A stretch of 61,814 nt of DNA, the filler included, from Squatina squatina (lineage: Eukaryota): the NCBI GenBank assembly GCA_031763465.1. It is 4 parts of 4 records of this genome, joined end to end, with 100 filler letters (N's around TTAATTAATTAA, not from the genome) between each part and the next. Parts side by side here need not be neighbours in the genome. Positions count along the whole stretch, not along the records: positions 48,018 to 61,814 come from JARFOE010000073.1; 3 more parts are not named here. One strand, written 5' to 3'. Within the stretch, counting starts at the first letter, position 1; every line of letters begins with the position of its first letter. The notes beneath the pieces were generated by a model that worked only from the letters and a program-made list of their open reading frames with translations, was not told the origin of the DNA and searched no databases. The translations under genes and the position numbers were made by a program. This document shows positions 48,916 to 61,814 of the stretch, piece by piece.

Positions 48916-50130
48916 GTTCGCTTTTGATTCATTGTACTGTGTGACTGGTTGTAGTGAAAGCTTGTGTTGTTCCTTCCAGTAGTGGTTCCAAACAAAAAAA
49001 AAAATCAGTTCTCATCATCCACAAAATCCACTCAACTTCCNNNNNNNNNNNNNNNNNNNNNNNNNNNNNNNNNNNNNNNNNNNNNNNNNNNNNNNNNNNN
49101 NNNNNNNNNNNNNNNNNNNNNNNNNNNNNNNNNNNNNNNNNNNNNNNNNNNNNNNNNNNNNNNNNNNNNNNNNNNNNNNNNNNNNNNNNNNNNNNNNNNN
49201 NNNNNNNNNNNNNNNNNNNNNNNNNNNNNNNNNNNNNNNNNNNNNNNNNNNNNNNNNNNNNNNNNNNNNNNNNNNNNNNNNNNNNNNNNNNNNNNNNNNN
49301 NNNNNNNNNNNNNNNNNNNNNNNNNNNNNNNNNNNNNNNNNNNNNNNNNNNNNNNNNNNNNNNNNNNNNNNNNNACACGGCAGGTGGATAACTTGCAAAA
49401 TCGTCTCCAAATTTTCCTGTTCACGCCAAGATTAAAAATGATTGTATTCAGATGTAGACTATCGGACACAGAACATAACACTACATAATGGCAGATGTGT
49501 ATTTGTAAATGCATAAATAGCACTTTGATATTATGAAAGCCTTCTAGCCTTCTGTATTGAATAGCAAGTTTATTTGCTGTTCTACAAATTCAAGGGATAT
49601 GTGATCTAAAATATAAGTGGAGACATTAAGTTTAAAAATTGAGGTGTCTTGCCTGTAGTCACCACCTCTGATTTTGATTGGGATTTTGGCTATACAAGAG
49701 TCAATGATATTCCATTGCTGCTGAAAATGGCAATGCCCTCAGTGCCCTTTTTTAAGCTCTCTATGTACAAGTCTTTTTTTTAAATAAATAAATTTGGATA
49801 CAGTAAAATTGTAAGCACTGATGAGACTAATTCAGTAAACAAAAATCTCGAAGCATGTAAAATTGGACTTGAACATAAAGCTCTAATATCCGAGCAGAAA
49901 AAACAAAGTACTGTAATTGGTTGAGTGTATGGATGAACCATCTGTATATGCAACAAACTATTAAAAAAAAAAAATTCGGTTGAACTTTGTTGTAAAAAAT
50001 AGTCTTTGTTTAACTTGTGTAATGTTAAACNNNNNNNNNNNNNNNNNNNNNNNNNNNNNNNNNNNNNNNNNNNNNNNNNNNNNNNNNNNNNNNNNNNNNN
50101 NNNNNNNNNNNNNNNNNNNNNNNNNNNNNN

Positions 50131-50205
50131 AGCCATGATCATATTGAATGGCGGAGCAGGCTCGAAGGGCCGAATGGCCTACTCCTGCTCCTATTTTCTA
50201 TGTTT
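50131..50205 (+). mobile_element. CR1-type LINE 3' tail
   Basis: agccatgatcatattgaatggcggagcaggctcgaagggccgaatggcctactcctgctcctattttctatg; complementary to 24160-24230. Confidence 0.85.
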
Positions 50206-50454
50206 CGTCACCACACTGCCAACTGATTAAACAAGCTCTCACTGTTAAACACATCATAACCCTTCATAGTCTAAGGCCTGTAACAGGCCACCCATTCTAC
50301 TTCCCAGCTCCAGTGAAAAAGGTCTCCCACCGCCACTCCCCAACCACCCAAACTTGCCGATGTAATGTCTCTAATAAAAACATAACACTGTGCAATGTCA
50401 TATTCTCTAACAATGAGCTTATGTGTGACAACTCTCAATTTGCTCACATCCAAA

Positions 50455-50745
50455 ACTAGGGGCCATAATTACAAGGTAGTCACCAATAAATGCAATAGGG
50501 ATTTCAGGAAAAATATTTATACCCAGTGCCTGGTCAGAATGTGGAACTTGATATCACAAGGAGTAGTTGAGGCCAGTAGCATGGATCCACTTAAGGAAAA
50601 GCGAGATAAGTGTTTGAAAAAGAAAGGAATGGCAGGTTATGCTGACAGGATGGGGATGAAGAGGGGTGGGGAGGAGGCTAGTGTGCAGCCTAAAGGCCAA
50701 CATACACCAGTCGGGCCAAATGGCCTGTTCCTGTGCTGTAAAATT
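50455..50745 (+). mobile_element. CR1/L2-type LINE 3' fragment, old
   Basis: KTRGHNYKVVTNKCNRDFRKNIYTQCLVRMWN, plus tail gggccaaatggcctgttcctgtgctgtaa. Confidence 0.8.
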
Positions 50746-51489
50746 ACTGAAGAAGGCACATCACCATCTTACAGCACTGTGGTAACAATCTGGAACTAGC
50801 GTCTTTGATATGGTGCTGGGAACAGGTTTGCCTTTAGTGCTGGCACTTTCATCAAAATCATTTTTTTTTAAATAAAGAGATTCAGTTATCGATCCTGGAT
50901 GACGGCAAAAAAATCTTGGCTTAAACAGGGTATTGATTTTTCAGGACTAAAGTCACACAATGAACACTCTTACCATAGTAGGGAGCTCCATCTTGGGGTG
51001 GGGTGAGGCGGTGTGGGGGGTGGAATGGAGTTGAAATACTTTATTGGTAGAACACCAAACTTCTAACTTAAAACAGGACTCTTAAAAAGGGCCTTCAAGG
51101 TTAGGAGGAAAATACACTGGTTATCCTTTTCCAGGCAGTTGTTTTCTCATGAGTAACCAGTTCATCATTCTCAACACACAATTCTAATTGCAATGTGCAT
51201 TGTTAACAGCGCAGATCACAGTTGTGCTTGTGCTAGTAAAATGCACAGTGTTACTTGTTGCCAGATTTTAAATTTGCTTAAGTTTAACATTTTTGAATTT
51301 TGCATTAGTTGCCTTCCCTTCCCATGGTAGCTAACAGTCAATGTCCAGTTATATTTCTGAAACAGTAGCCTCTTCATTAGTTGGTATATCTGTGGAGTTT
51401 TTTTTTGGTCAGGAAACACGCAGTTGGCGCTACAGATCATCAAAAGGAATCAGCTAGAAGGAAACAAAAATGTAATTTGTCTACCTTTC

Positions 51490-51830
51490 CCTCACAAAAT
51501 TCTGTAGATCTCATTCTTGAAAATTTCAATTGACCCAAAATCCAAAGACTTTAGGGGGAGAGAATTCCACATTTCCACTACTCTTTGTGTAGAAGAAGTG
51601 CTTCCCAATGTCATTTCTGGATGGCCTAGTTCTAATTTTAAGATGTGTGCACTTGTTCTGGATTCCAGAAGAAATAGCTTTTCTGTATCCACCCTATTTA
51701 ATCGATTTACCATTTTAAACATCTCAATTCATTCAACCCTCAACCGTCTAAATTCAACAGAATTCAAGCGACGTTTATGCAACCTGTCTGCATAATTTAA
51801 CCCTTTAAGTCTGGCGAGCCTGCACTGTAT
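51490..51830 (-). mobile_element. CR1/L2-type LINE fragment
   Basis: FKMVNRLNRVDTEKLFLL...TQRVVEMWNSLP. Confidence 0.8.
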
Positions 51831-51839
51831 CCCCTCCTT

Positions 51840-53300
51840 GTGTATCCATCCTGATATCCACCCTTACCCACTGCTCATCCACTCCCTCCCTACCACCTCC
51901 CATGCCAAGCGGCAAACCATCTCCCCCCACTCCCGTACAATCTTGCTTCCGTTTGCTGCTCCTGGCCTGAATGCACATACCTTCTCATCAATTCCCATAC
52001 ACCACTTCCTCCTACCAGCCTCCTATCCCAAGCAACACCACGCTCAACCATTTCTTGCTCTTCTATTATCTTTTCTGACTTCCATCCTAAATGCCCATAT
52101 CTTCCTGCCACTTGATACTCAGCCCTACCACCACCCACACCGGGCTCGTATCCATCACCTTCCAACTCAATTATTCCAATGCTCTCCTGGCAGGCTTCCC
52201 ATTCTCCACACTGTAAATTTCAACTCAGTAAAAACTCTGCAGCTCATACCTTTATCCCACAAGAAGTTCCACTTGTTCATCATTTCTGTCCTCTCTGGCC
52301 TATCCCCTAAGGCCTCAGGTTCAACTCTCATTCTTGTGGCCTTACCCCTATTTCTGTAACCTGCTCCAGCACTATAGCCCGCCCCAAACTCTCCATTTCT
52401 CTGACTCCATCCTCCTTCCATTTGCCCCGCCACTAGTGGCTGTTTTCAACCACTTAGGCCTCAGACTCTGCAATTCCCTCTGAATCCATTTACTCTTTTA
52501 AGATGTGTGTGTCCCCAGGCCATACCCACAGCCAAGCTGTTCCAGTATAGCTTTGATATTTGCATGCCCGACAATGTGGAAAATTGCCCAGCTATGTCCT
52601 TTCCACAAAAAACAGAATAAACCTAACCCGGTCAGTTGTCACCTTAAGAACCACCTCCCAGTCATCATAAGTGTGGGAAGGAATCATGAATAGTGCTGTG
52701 AAACAGAACCTACTCACCAATAACCTGCGTGACAATGCTGAGTTTGTGCNNNNNNNNNNNNNNNNNNNNNNNNNNNNNNNNNNNNNNNNNNNNNNNNNNN
52801 NNNNNNNNNNNNNNNNNNNNNNNNNNNNNNNNNNNNNNNNNNNNNNNNNGTCAGCTGTAGATAGGAACTGAACAGGGGATGAAGGAATGGCAATAAGAGG
52901 AGAGGGAAATGGGTGAAGTTGGGACCAGCAGTTTGGTTTGAGGAAGGAGATAGAATGCCAGTATTAACTGATGGGAAGTGGGCAGAGAGTACCAGCATTA
53001 ATGGGGATGTATGAACTATGAAGAGAGCAAAAGGTGCCAGCTTGAACTGAAGAAGTTGGATAACAAAAAAAGCTTGAACATGGGCTGAGCAAAAAAAGTT
53101 CCAAGTTGAATGGGGATGGAGAAGGAGAATGCCAGGTTGAGTTCAAGGGAGGCAGGAGTGCAAAGAGTGCCAATGTGGACTGGGAGCGTTGGAGGAGGAG
53201 AGAGTTGCTCTGTGAAAGGCTGGGGAATTGGATGGAAACACCAAACTGGCTGAAATTGACACAGAAGCTATTGTAAAAACAATCTGGCAAAATTCAGAAC
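51840..53300. mobile_element. Cluster of decayed L2 and CR1 LINE fragments
   Basis: L2-like 3' region on + (about 52290-52490), CR1 RT-flank motif PTMWKIAQLCPFHKKQNKPNP (52560-52750), and a purine-skewed L2-like segment on - (52850-53300). Confidence 0.55.
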
Positions 53301-54948
53301 CAAGGATGATGAAGTTGGGACCTTGAGTATCTACCAATAAAAACCACGTGGTGATATCGCAGAAGAGCATTAATAATTTTTGCAGATTCCTGTAACCCTG
53401 TGGTGATATTCTGTTACAGAACTTTAATAAAAAAAAATTGAGCACTCAATACCAAACTTGGAACGTTAATTATACTTTATATGCAATCAGAAGGAGTAGG
53501 CTAAATTGAGGCTGGTGCCAGAATACACTACAAGTGTATCTTGAATGTAACTATTACAATACGCATTAAATTGACTCTTTAATTTTGAATTCCCACATAG
53601 CCCTTGAACAGCTTGTAATTGGTAAGCTTTATAGCAAAGCAAAATGCACTAGAATATTTTGGTCAGGAGTGATTTAAGTTTATTAATTATTCGAACTTTA
53701 GCCTATATAAGTTTTTATATAGGGAGTAATGCATAAAGTTGGGAAATTGGTTGGCTTACTGCATTTAAATGGCTTATTCAATGTTGTACTTAAGTTTTTC
53801 CCTCTGCCCCTCCCCCATCATTGAGATCACTTTGCATTATAAGTCACCATTACTGAACAATGAAGAATTCTGAGGTGCAGTCGACATTATTCATTATTGA
53901 GCACTATAATGAACCTATATTCTCAGAAAATAACCAATTTTTAAATGGGTAGATATTGAAAGGCATTTTTGTATAAAATTGGGATGGAACTACAGAATAT
54001 GATAAGCTAAAGAAAAATGAGGGAGCTGTTCTAATGATGCATCTGGTTTATGTGAAGAGTTGAGCTCTGCAGATCATTAAGCTGTTAAGTGATCTTAGCT
54101 GGTATGCACTTTCAGTGCTATTGAGTTTGGGAGAGGGGGCTAAAATTGACCATGATTACTGTCCAGTGACTTCTGGGAGTCTTTGGATTGCTGTGATCTA
54201 TTGCAGTCATATAAGCGTACTCCAGCTTCACATGAATAATCACCACCTCCACAGGACATCAAAAGATGCCTAAGGAGCTCTAACCCCCCCACCCCCACAA
54301 ATGAAGTACTGCCTTCATGAGAGGAAGGAAGGGGGAGCAAATGGTATGGAAGATTAGTTTAATTTAAAAGTGAAACTCAGCAACTTGTGGAAACTGAGTA
54401 ATGTAGATCACCTCTGGGCCTTGGGTCTAAATCTAGCCCACACATTTATTTAAAAAAAAAATTCTTGATCTCCAAAACTTTCCCTCCTGAAGTCAATGAC
54501 TCATGGTCCACTATCCGTGTGAGCCTGGATAATGAATGTTGGCAGATTCTCTGGTTTTATTCAGCCAAAATTGATTCTATCTTTACTCAATATCTATACA
54601 TCCAGACGGCTCAGTGGATAGTGATCTGCAGCAGATTCCATGTGTGACTGCTGTTAAGCTTTCTCCCCCTCCCCACTTAGCCAACCTCCTGGTATACTCA
54701 GGCCAATTACAGTCTCCTCTTGATTTGAATCAAATAGATGCATCATCTAATCTCTCTTCCAATACTCTGGGTTAGATGCTATCTGAGAATGTTGTATGGC
54801 AAGCTGGTTTTAATAGTTACATTGTCTAAAACTGTGGTAATTATGGGTNNNNNNNNNNNNNNNNNNNNNNNNNNNNNNNNNNNNNNNNNNNNNNNNNNNN
54901 NNNNNNNNNNNNNNNNNNNNNNNNNNNNNNNNNNNNNNNNNNNNNNNN

Positions 54949-56492
54949 CCTCCCAAATGAGGGAGATGAGGTTATGGAATCGTACCCTGAGTGCCTCTGA
55001 GCCGTATTTTTGAATTTTGGCGGGGATTCCATCTGCGCCGGAGGCCTTGTTGTTAGTCAGCTGCTTTATGGTCTTTTCAATCTCATGTAGGGCAGGGGTT
55101 GTGCTGAGGTGGTGGCGGGTAGGATGCTGTGGGATGGAACGAGTACTCAGACGTCGAGGACCGAGTCTTGATTGAGGAGCTCCTTGAAGTGCTCCTTCCA
55201 GCAGGCGCTGATTGCCTCTCTGTCCTTGATGAGCACATCTCCAGTGTTAGCTCTCAGTGGGGTAGGTCTTTGGGTGTTTGGGCCGTAGATGGTCTTGACT
55301 GCGCTGAAGAATCCGCGCATGTTGTGGTTGTGGGCGAGTTGCTGCACTCTTTCAGCCCACCATCTAATCTTTAAGTCCCGAGTTTTTTGTTCGACCTCGG
55401 CATTCATTTGACCTGTTTTCTTTCCCTTGAGCTTTGGTGGTGCTTCCAGTTCAAGAATGTCTTGCATTTGCAGTTTACCAGCTCCTGAATCTCCTGGTCA
55501 TTTTTATTAAGTCAGTCTTGATGTTTCCTGGTAGAGAAGCCAAGAGTCTCCTCGCAGGTGCTGGTGATCGTGGACTTGAGGGCGGATCACATATTATGGA
55601 CACTCTGTGGTTCCGATTCGTTGAAATTAGCCAGGTTTGTTGTGAGGCATTGGCTGAGTAGGGCTTTCTGCGCAGGATCTTTGAGTCCTTCAATGCTGTT
55701 TTTCCTGTTGCAGTGTTTATGCTGCCGCTCTCGTTTTTGGGCCAATTGATGGAAATGATAGAGCAGATTAGGCGGTGATCAGTCCAGCAGTCGTCCAGCA
55801 CCCGTTGTGGCACGGGTGATGCAGACATTCTTGCGGTCCCTCGCTCGACCGATGATATAGTCTAGTAGGTGCCGATGCCTGAAGCGAGGGTGTTGCCATG
55901 AAGTCTTGTCTCTCTGGCAGAATAGGGTGTTGGTTATCACAAGGCCATGTTCCAAGAGCTTCGTCAGGAGGAGGTCTCCATTGGAGTTTGCTTTCCCTAC
56001 TCCCTCCTTGCCAATCATGCCTTTCCAGAGGTTTGCATACTTCCAGGCTCTGGCATTGAAATCGCCGAGGAGGATCAGCTTGTCTGCCTTTAGGACGTGG
56101 GACAGAGATTGTTCAAGAGTGGAGTAGAATTCCTCTTTGGTCTCATCTGTTGCTTCTAGGGTAGAGCTGTATGAACTGATGGCTGTCGTGTGCTGGTTCA
56201 GTTTTAGGGTGAGTCGAACAGTCATGAGGCCCTCGTTTACCCCGCAAGGGGACGCGTTGAGGTGCCTGACTAGTTCATTTTTTATGGCGAAGCCAAACCC
56301 GTGGAGACAGCTTTCTTCCTGTGCAGACAGCTTTCTTCCTGTGGATTACCTTTCCAGAAGAAGGTGTATAGCTGCCTTGCTCCTTGAGCTGGCCTCCTGC
56401 CCTCCGTGTCTCACTCAGGGCAGCGATGTCAATGTCATAACATCTGAGATCCTGGGCTATGATGGCGGTGCGTCGTTCGGGTCTGTCGCTGT
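54949..56492 (-). mobile_element. RTE-clade LINE, APE endonuclease and linker region (frameshifted)
   Basis: DRPERRTAIIAQDLRCYDIDIAALSETR...EEFYSTLEQSL...KLILLGDFNAR...SWQHPRFRHRHLLDYII...CWTDHRLI. Confidence 0.92.
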
Positions 56493-56592
56493 NNNNNNNN
56501 NNNNNNNNNNNNNNNNNNNNNNNNNNNNNNNNNNNNNNNNNNNNNNNNNNNNNNNNNNNNNNNNNNNNNNNNNNNNNNNNNNNNNNNNNNNN

Positions 56593-57132
56593 CCCATCAA
56601 GAGGCACAGTGGACATGATCTTCAGCGTGCGACAAGTCCAAGAAAAATGCAGAGAGCAGCATCAACCTCTGCACATGGCCTTCTTTTACCTCACAAAGGC
56701 CTTCGACTCTGTCGACTGGGAGGGATTATGGAGGGTTCTCCTCAAATTTGGCTGTCCGCAAAAATTCGTCACCATCCTCCGTCTGTTCCACGATGGCATG
56801 CAAGCTGTGATTCTCACCGATGGATCCACCACAGACCCGANNNNNNNNNNTCGTCTCCACCTTCCTCGCCGCAACACTCCATCCCATCTCCATGATGCTC
56901 CCAGCTGGAGAGGAGCTAATCTACAGGATGAGTGAGAAACTGTTCAACCTCCGTCGCCTCCAGTCCAGAACCAAGACCACCCCAACCTCTGTCATCGAGT
57001 TGCAGTGTGCAGACGACGCTTGTGTGTGTGCACACACACTCGGAGTCCGAGCTCCAAACCATCGTCGATTCATTCACTGAGGCGTACGTGAGAATGGGCC
57101 TAACGCTAAACATCCAAAAGACTTTACCAGCC
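56593..57132 (+). mobile_element. RTE-clade LINE reverse-transcriptase fragment, copy A
   Basis: PSRGTVDMIFSVRQVQEKCREQHQPLHMAFFYLTKAFDSVDWEGLW...ELQCADDAC (YADD changed to CADD). Confidence 0.92.
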
Positions 57133-57232
57133 NNNNNNNNNNNNNNNNNNNNNNNNNNNNNNNNNNNNNNNNNNNNNNNNNNNNNNNNNNNNNNNNNNNN
57201 NNNNNNNNNNNNNNNNNNNNNNNNNNNNNNNN

Positions 57233-57853
57233 GAAAAGTGCAGGGAGCAGCGTCAACCCCTGTATAAGGCCTTCTTTGACACTACGAAGGCTTTTGACTC
57301 TGTCAACTGGGAGGGATTATGGAGGGTTCTCCTCAAGTTTGGCTGCCCGACAAAATTCGTCACCATCCTCTGCCTGCTCCATGATGACATGCAAGCAGTG
57401 ATCCACGACAACGGCTCAACCACAGACACAATTCAAGTGCATACTGGGGTCAAGCAAGACTGTGTCATGACACTGATGCTCTTCTCCATCTGCCTCGCTG
57501 CAACACTCCATCCCATCTCCATGAAGCTCCCCGCTGGTGTGGAGCTAATCTACAGGACGAGTGAGAAACTTTTCAACCTCTGTCATCGAGCTGCAGTACA
57601 CAGACGACGCTTGTGTGTGCACACACTCGGGGGCTGAGCTCCAATCCATCGTCGATTTATTCACTGAGCATACGAGAGAATGGGCCTCACACTGAACATC
57701 CGCAAGACAAAGGTCCTATACCAGCCTGCCACAGCCACACAACACCAACCCCCAAATATCAAGCCCCTGGACAAAGTGGATCACTTTCCATACCTTAGGA
57801 GCCTCCTCTCAGCGAGGGCAGACATAGACGACGAAATCCAACACCACCTCCAG
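57233..57853 (+). mobile_element. RTE-clade LINE reverse-transcriptase fragment, copy B
   Basis: KAFDSVNWEGLW...TGVKQDCVM...QYTDD...GLTLNIRKTKVLYQP...VDHFPYLRS; covers the same RT segment as copy A. Confidence 0.92.
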
Positions 57854-58413
57854 NNNNNNNNNNNNNNNNNNNNNNNNNNNNNNNNNNNNNNNNNNNNNNN
57901 NNNNNNNNNNNNNNNNNNNNNNNNNNNNNNNNNNNNNNNNNNNNNNNNNNNNNGTAGTGTAACTTTATGATTCAGTGCACTATGGTAGGCCACAGATTGA
58001 GGTCTGCAAAGTGCCACATGGCAAATTCTTGATTTCATTCAAGTGTTCCAGGGAATATGTTGAGTTTCCCCTTGTGCAGGGAATGGAAATTGACAAATAA
58101 GTTAGTCTAGGCTATCCTCTCATTTCTGGGCTCAATGTCAAAAATGGCACTGACAGAAATTTTTGATCTGGTCGTTGGGTGAATGAATGAGGACCAACTT
58201 AATGGGGAAAGAAAAATAAAATTTATTTTTAACAATATGGAAGGGTGCAGAGTCATAAATGTTATTATAAATCAAGGTTTCTCAATTACCCTATTTAATG
58301 TATGAGTGTGCATATGTGTGGATGGATGTAAGGAAAAGAATGTTGGATTTCTATGCAAAATTGCTTTCTAATGTAACTAATGTACCTGAACAGTAATGAA
58401 TCTTTTTAACTAG

Positions 58414-58506
58414 ATGGTGATCGGTTGGAAAATATGGACGGTGTGAGTTTGCAAGCCGTTACTCTTGCAGATGGAACTACAGCATATATTCAACACAATC
58501 CTAAAG
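58414..58506 (+). CDS. ZNF143: ZNF143 (Staf) exon, N-terminal activation repeat
   Basis: actag|(D)[31 protein letters not shown]|gt; 93 nt. Matches ZNF143 better than its paralog ZNF76. Confidence 0.92.
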
Positions 58507-58622
58507 GTGTAGACTTTCATGGNNNNNNNNNNNNNNNNNNNNNNNNNNNNNNNNNNNNNNNNNNNNNNNNNNNNNNNNNNNNNNNNNNNNNNNNNNNNNN
58601 NNNNNNNNNNNNNNNNNNNNNN

Positions 58623-58690
58623 TTACTGAATAGCGGAACAGGCTCGAGGGGCCGAATGGCCTACTCCTGTTCCTATTTCTTATGTTCTTA
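58623..58690 (+). mobile_element. CR1-type LINE 3' tail
   Basis: gaatagcggaacaggctcgaggggccgaatggcctactcctgttcctatttcttatgttctta. Confidence 0.85.
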
Positions 58691-59134
58691 GTACCTTTGC
58701 TGCAGTATAGCAGTGCCATCAGACTAATAATAATTGTTATATCCCAGCTGGTTGAAGTAAATGAGTATGAAAGTTACAAAAGTTTGGCCTAGAATTTAAT
58801 GTGTGAAGTTACTTTTTACAGTGGAATAATCTTTTTTTTTTCATTTTAAAAGATGGGCAGGTAGACTGTCAGCAGGTGGTGTTTGCGCTTGAGCAGGGAT
58901 CAAGAAACCATCATGTAGGTCTCGCTGGTCTGGCAGTACTGTAGCTTATCAATTGTCAATGATCAGGCACTTACTGCTGTAGTTAAACAGCAAGCATAAA
59001 CTAAAATGATTTTTTGAAAAGAGGAATTTATTATCTATATTTGTGTAATTTACAAAGAAGGGAATGATATTAACAGCAGAATAGCACAAAATTCAGTAGT
59101 AAGTTACTTATCAGTATCTGTTCTATTTCCCAAG

Positions 59135-59257
59135 ATTGTTCTTCAGGGTCACGTAACTGGACGAGTGAGTGCCAAGGCTCAACAGCTGGGAGAAAAGGCC
59201 TTTCGTTGTGAATATGAGGGTTGTGGAAGACTATACACTACTGCTCATCATCTCAAG
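59135..59257 (+). CDS. ZNF143: ZNF143 exon with the start of zinc finger 1
   Basis: cccaag|[41 protein letters not shown]|gtacag; 123 nt. Confidence 0.95.
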
Positions 59258-59804
59258 GTACAGTTAAGGTGCTTTGACTAATCTTAATCATTACTTGAAA
59301 GAAAAAGAACTTGAAAAACACTTAAATTTATTTAGCCTTATCATGTTCTTAGGAGATTCTAAAACATCCTTCAGCCAGTGAATTAATTTTGAAGTNNNNN
59401 NNNNNNNNNNNNNNNNNNNNNNNNNNNNNNNNNNNNNNNNNNNNNNNNNNNNNNNNNNNNNNNNNNNNNNNNNNNNNNNNNNNNNNNNNNNNNNNGACAG
59501 ATGAAGTGTGTGCACCACACTATTCTACGCAAGCAGAGGAAGGTGCGCATTGTGAATAGTGGCCTAGAAGGTGTATGAAAGGAAACACCCCTTTTCAGTG
59601 GATAGAATGATCAGACATACGGGATGAAGTTCCCTCCACACTACCTGATCCACAGGAGCAGACCTGCTGTGAACCACAGTGGCGTTCCCATTTTCCACAC
59701 CTTTTTCTGCCATCCTCGTGCTCTCTCAGATCGTCGAATTATTGCTGAATCAAGAATAGTTTTGTGTCAGAGTATTTTGGTTGGATTCAAACTCACTCAC
59801 ACAG

Positions 59805-59894
59805 GTGAAAGGCCATATTTCTGCCCAGAGGCAGGCTGTGGACGAGCCTTTGCTAGTGCAACCAATTACAAGAACCACATGAGGATACACACAG
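59805..59894 (+). CDS. ZNF143: ZNF143 zinc finger 5 coding segment (5' boundary uncertain)
   Basis: [31 protein letters not shown]|gtatca. Confidence 0.88.
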
Positions 59895-60990
59895 GTATCA
59901 ATCAGAGTAAACTGCTGCTAGTCATTTCCTAAAGCTTGATTATTGATTTAATGTATTGCCTAACAGATGATCTGTTCAACTATCCGTTTAAGCTATTTTG
60001 TTATTTGTGTGAAAAAAGTAATTTTTCTTGAATGCTTCTTAGGGATGAAGTGGCTCCATCATTTTTGTAAGAGTATTGAGTGCTCTATTTGTTTATCCAC
60101 AGTCTTCCCAGCTCACACATCACCTATAAGTGAAAAGGTGCATAGCCTATTCTCAGGCCGCAACCAATTTAAGTCAATGAGTCATTTACCAAGAGGAACA
60201 CAACAACAGTCCAGGGATAAGACGTGCTTGGATTTGAGCTCCTCCCTCCTCTTCAGTTTCTTTAGTTTTGTAAAGTCCAGAAGATTTATTTAATAGAAAT
60301 TATAATCAACTGGAATGCACAGTGCAGGGGTGTATTTTTAATTTGTAATCTGTAACCATGGTATATAGTCTGAAGTGCTCACTCAAGAATTTGCCAGAAT
60401 TTTAAATCTGCAGTTTAATGGGAGGGGAGCCAAGTCTCCAATTCCTTTGTAGAGCTATCCTGCACACAGGCTGAATGCCAAGTTTAAGTTTTTGAATAAC
60501 AAGACTACAGTGCTGGAAAGGGAGGAATTACTATAACAGGATCAGGAAGGATGTCCTATTTACATGTATAATTACCCCGTGCAGTTTACTTATGTTTATA
60601 GTGGGGGAGATGTCCCTCTTTAATCGAGCAAAGATTAGAAGCACTTGGCAAAGGCTTCAGGGGCTGCATAAAAAGATTTTGCAGCCTGGATTTGACATGT
60701 TGGTCAACTCATAGAATCTGCCGACTCTGTTGTGCAGTTGGCACAGTGCTTCAGTAAACTGCTTTTAATTTGCAATAAAGTGGAAGAGAAAAATGGGACC
60801 TGCTACCACAAAATACTAATTCCGCTGCATTTATGGCGCTCCACTCCTTTCAAGCTGTTAAATGACAAAAAGAATTCTATAAGAATGTGCTTTAATATAA
60901 CAAATTATATGTGGCATTTTACATCAGGTTTTCCTTTTTATTGCTGTCTTTATCTTTGTTATGTAATTATGGCTTTTCATTTATTTATAA

Positions 60991-61224
<234 letters not shown>

Positions 61225-61800
61225 TAGTACAATTTTGTTATGTTTTAATATTTTTGTCCATGAGCAGTGTCACGGGTCAATTTTATATTTTATAATACTC
61301 TTGTAATCCAAAAAAAACGTGTTTTACGCAAAACTCTGAAAAAGTATGCACCAGTAGAAGTCAACATAAACTGAGAAGTTGTACTGACTATACAAATGTG
61401 ATTAAATTGGCAATAATTTCCCTCCACTTCTCTAATCATTCACATCAGGTGATGATTTCAGCCTCCCTATCTCTGAACTGCTGATGTGGTCTTGAATTTC
61501 ATACTCGTATCAACACATTGCAAACTGGTACCAAATCTCCTTTCTACTCCAAGCTGTTTAACGACACCATGATACTGAGCTTTTGAATTAATTTAGCACT
61601 TGCAAGAATTCCCATACTGTTTGCACAATCAAGGAATTGTTTGTGTATGAAGCTAATGAATCGTCCAATATAAATGAGTTTCTGTCTTTTTTTAGAACTT
61701 TGTGTTTTGGCAGTTATACTTTTAAGCTGGTCAGCATATCCACTCAGCATGAGAGAATGTGAATTTGTATTTTTTTCTTCTCAATTGTCTTTTCTTGCAG

Positions 61801-61814
61801 GAACTGACTCTCGC
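61801..61814 (+). CDS. ZNF143: Probable start of the next ZNF143 exon (cut by the window end)
   Basis: Strong polypyrimidine tract and ttcttgcag| at 61800; phase-1 continuation G-T-D-S-R. Too short to confirm. Confidence 0.5.

Noticed and set aside
51838-52433. 173-aa Pro/His/Leu-rich ORF and antisense ORFs
   Set aside because: Low-complexity, pyrimidine-skewed decayed L2 sequence, not a gene.

Overview
This is vertebrate genomic DNA from a very fragmented draft assembly, most likely a cartilaginous fish (shark), judged from the repeat families and gene divergence. It is not one locus. Three artificial 100-nt linkers (44 N + TTAATTAATTAA + 44 N) join four unrelated scaffolds. (1) 1-14034: the first two coding exons of SHISA6 (CKAMP52, an AMPA-receptor auxiliary subunit). 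(2) 14135-32735: the first coding exon of a type II cadherin, best matching CDH22. (3) 32836-47917: the last four coding exons and 3' UTR of ETS2, followed by a PIF/Harbinger transposon remnant that encodes a spliced Myb/SANT protein and sits inside a Deu-domain SINE. (4) 48018-61814: the last two exons of IPO7, then scattered ZNF143 exons, the same order as in human. Introns and intergenic DNA hold CR1/L2 and RTE LINE fragments, tRNA-derived SINEs (one LF-SINE-like), Harbinger-type MITE ends, a Penelope-like terminal repeat with a decayed hammerhead ribozyme, and a candidate solo LTR. I found no convincing wholly new biological system. The best leads are the ETS1-like exon in ETS2, a possible compensated double frameshift in SHISA6, the nested Harbinger Myb gene, the hammerhead remnant, and an odd ZNF143 exon junction. 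Gene and repeat names come from recalled homolog sequences, not database searches, and repeat boundaries are approximate.
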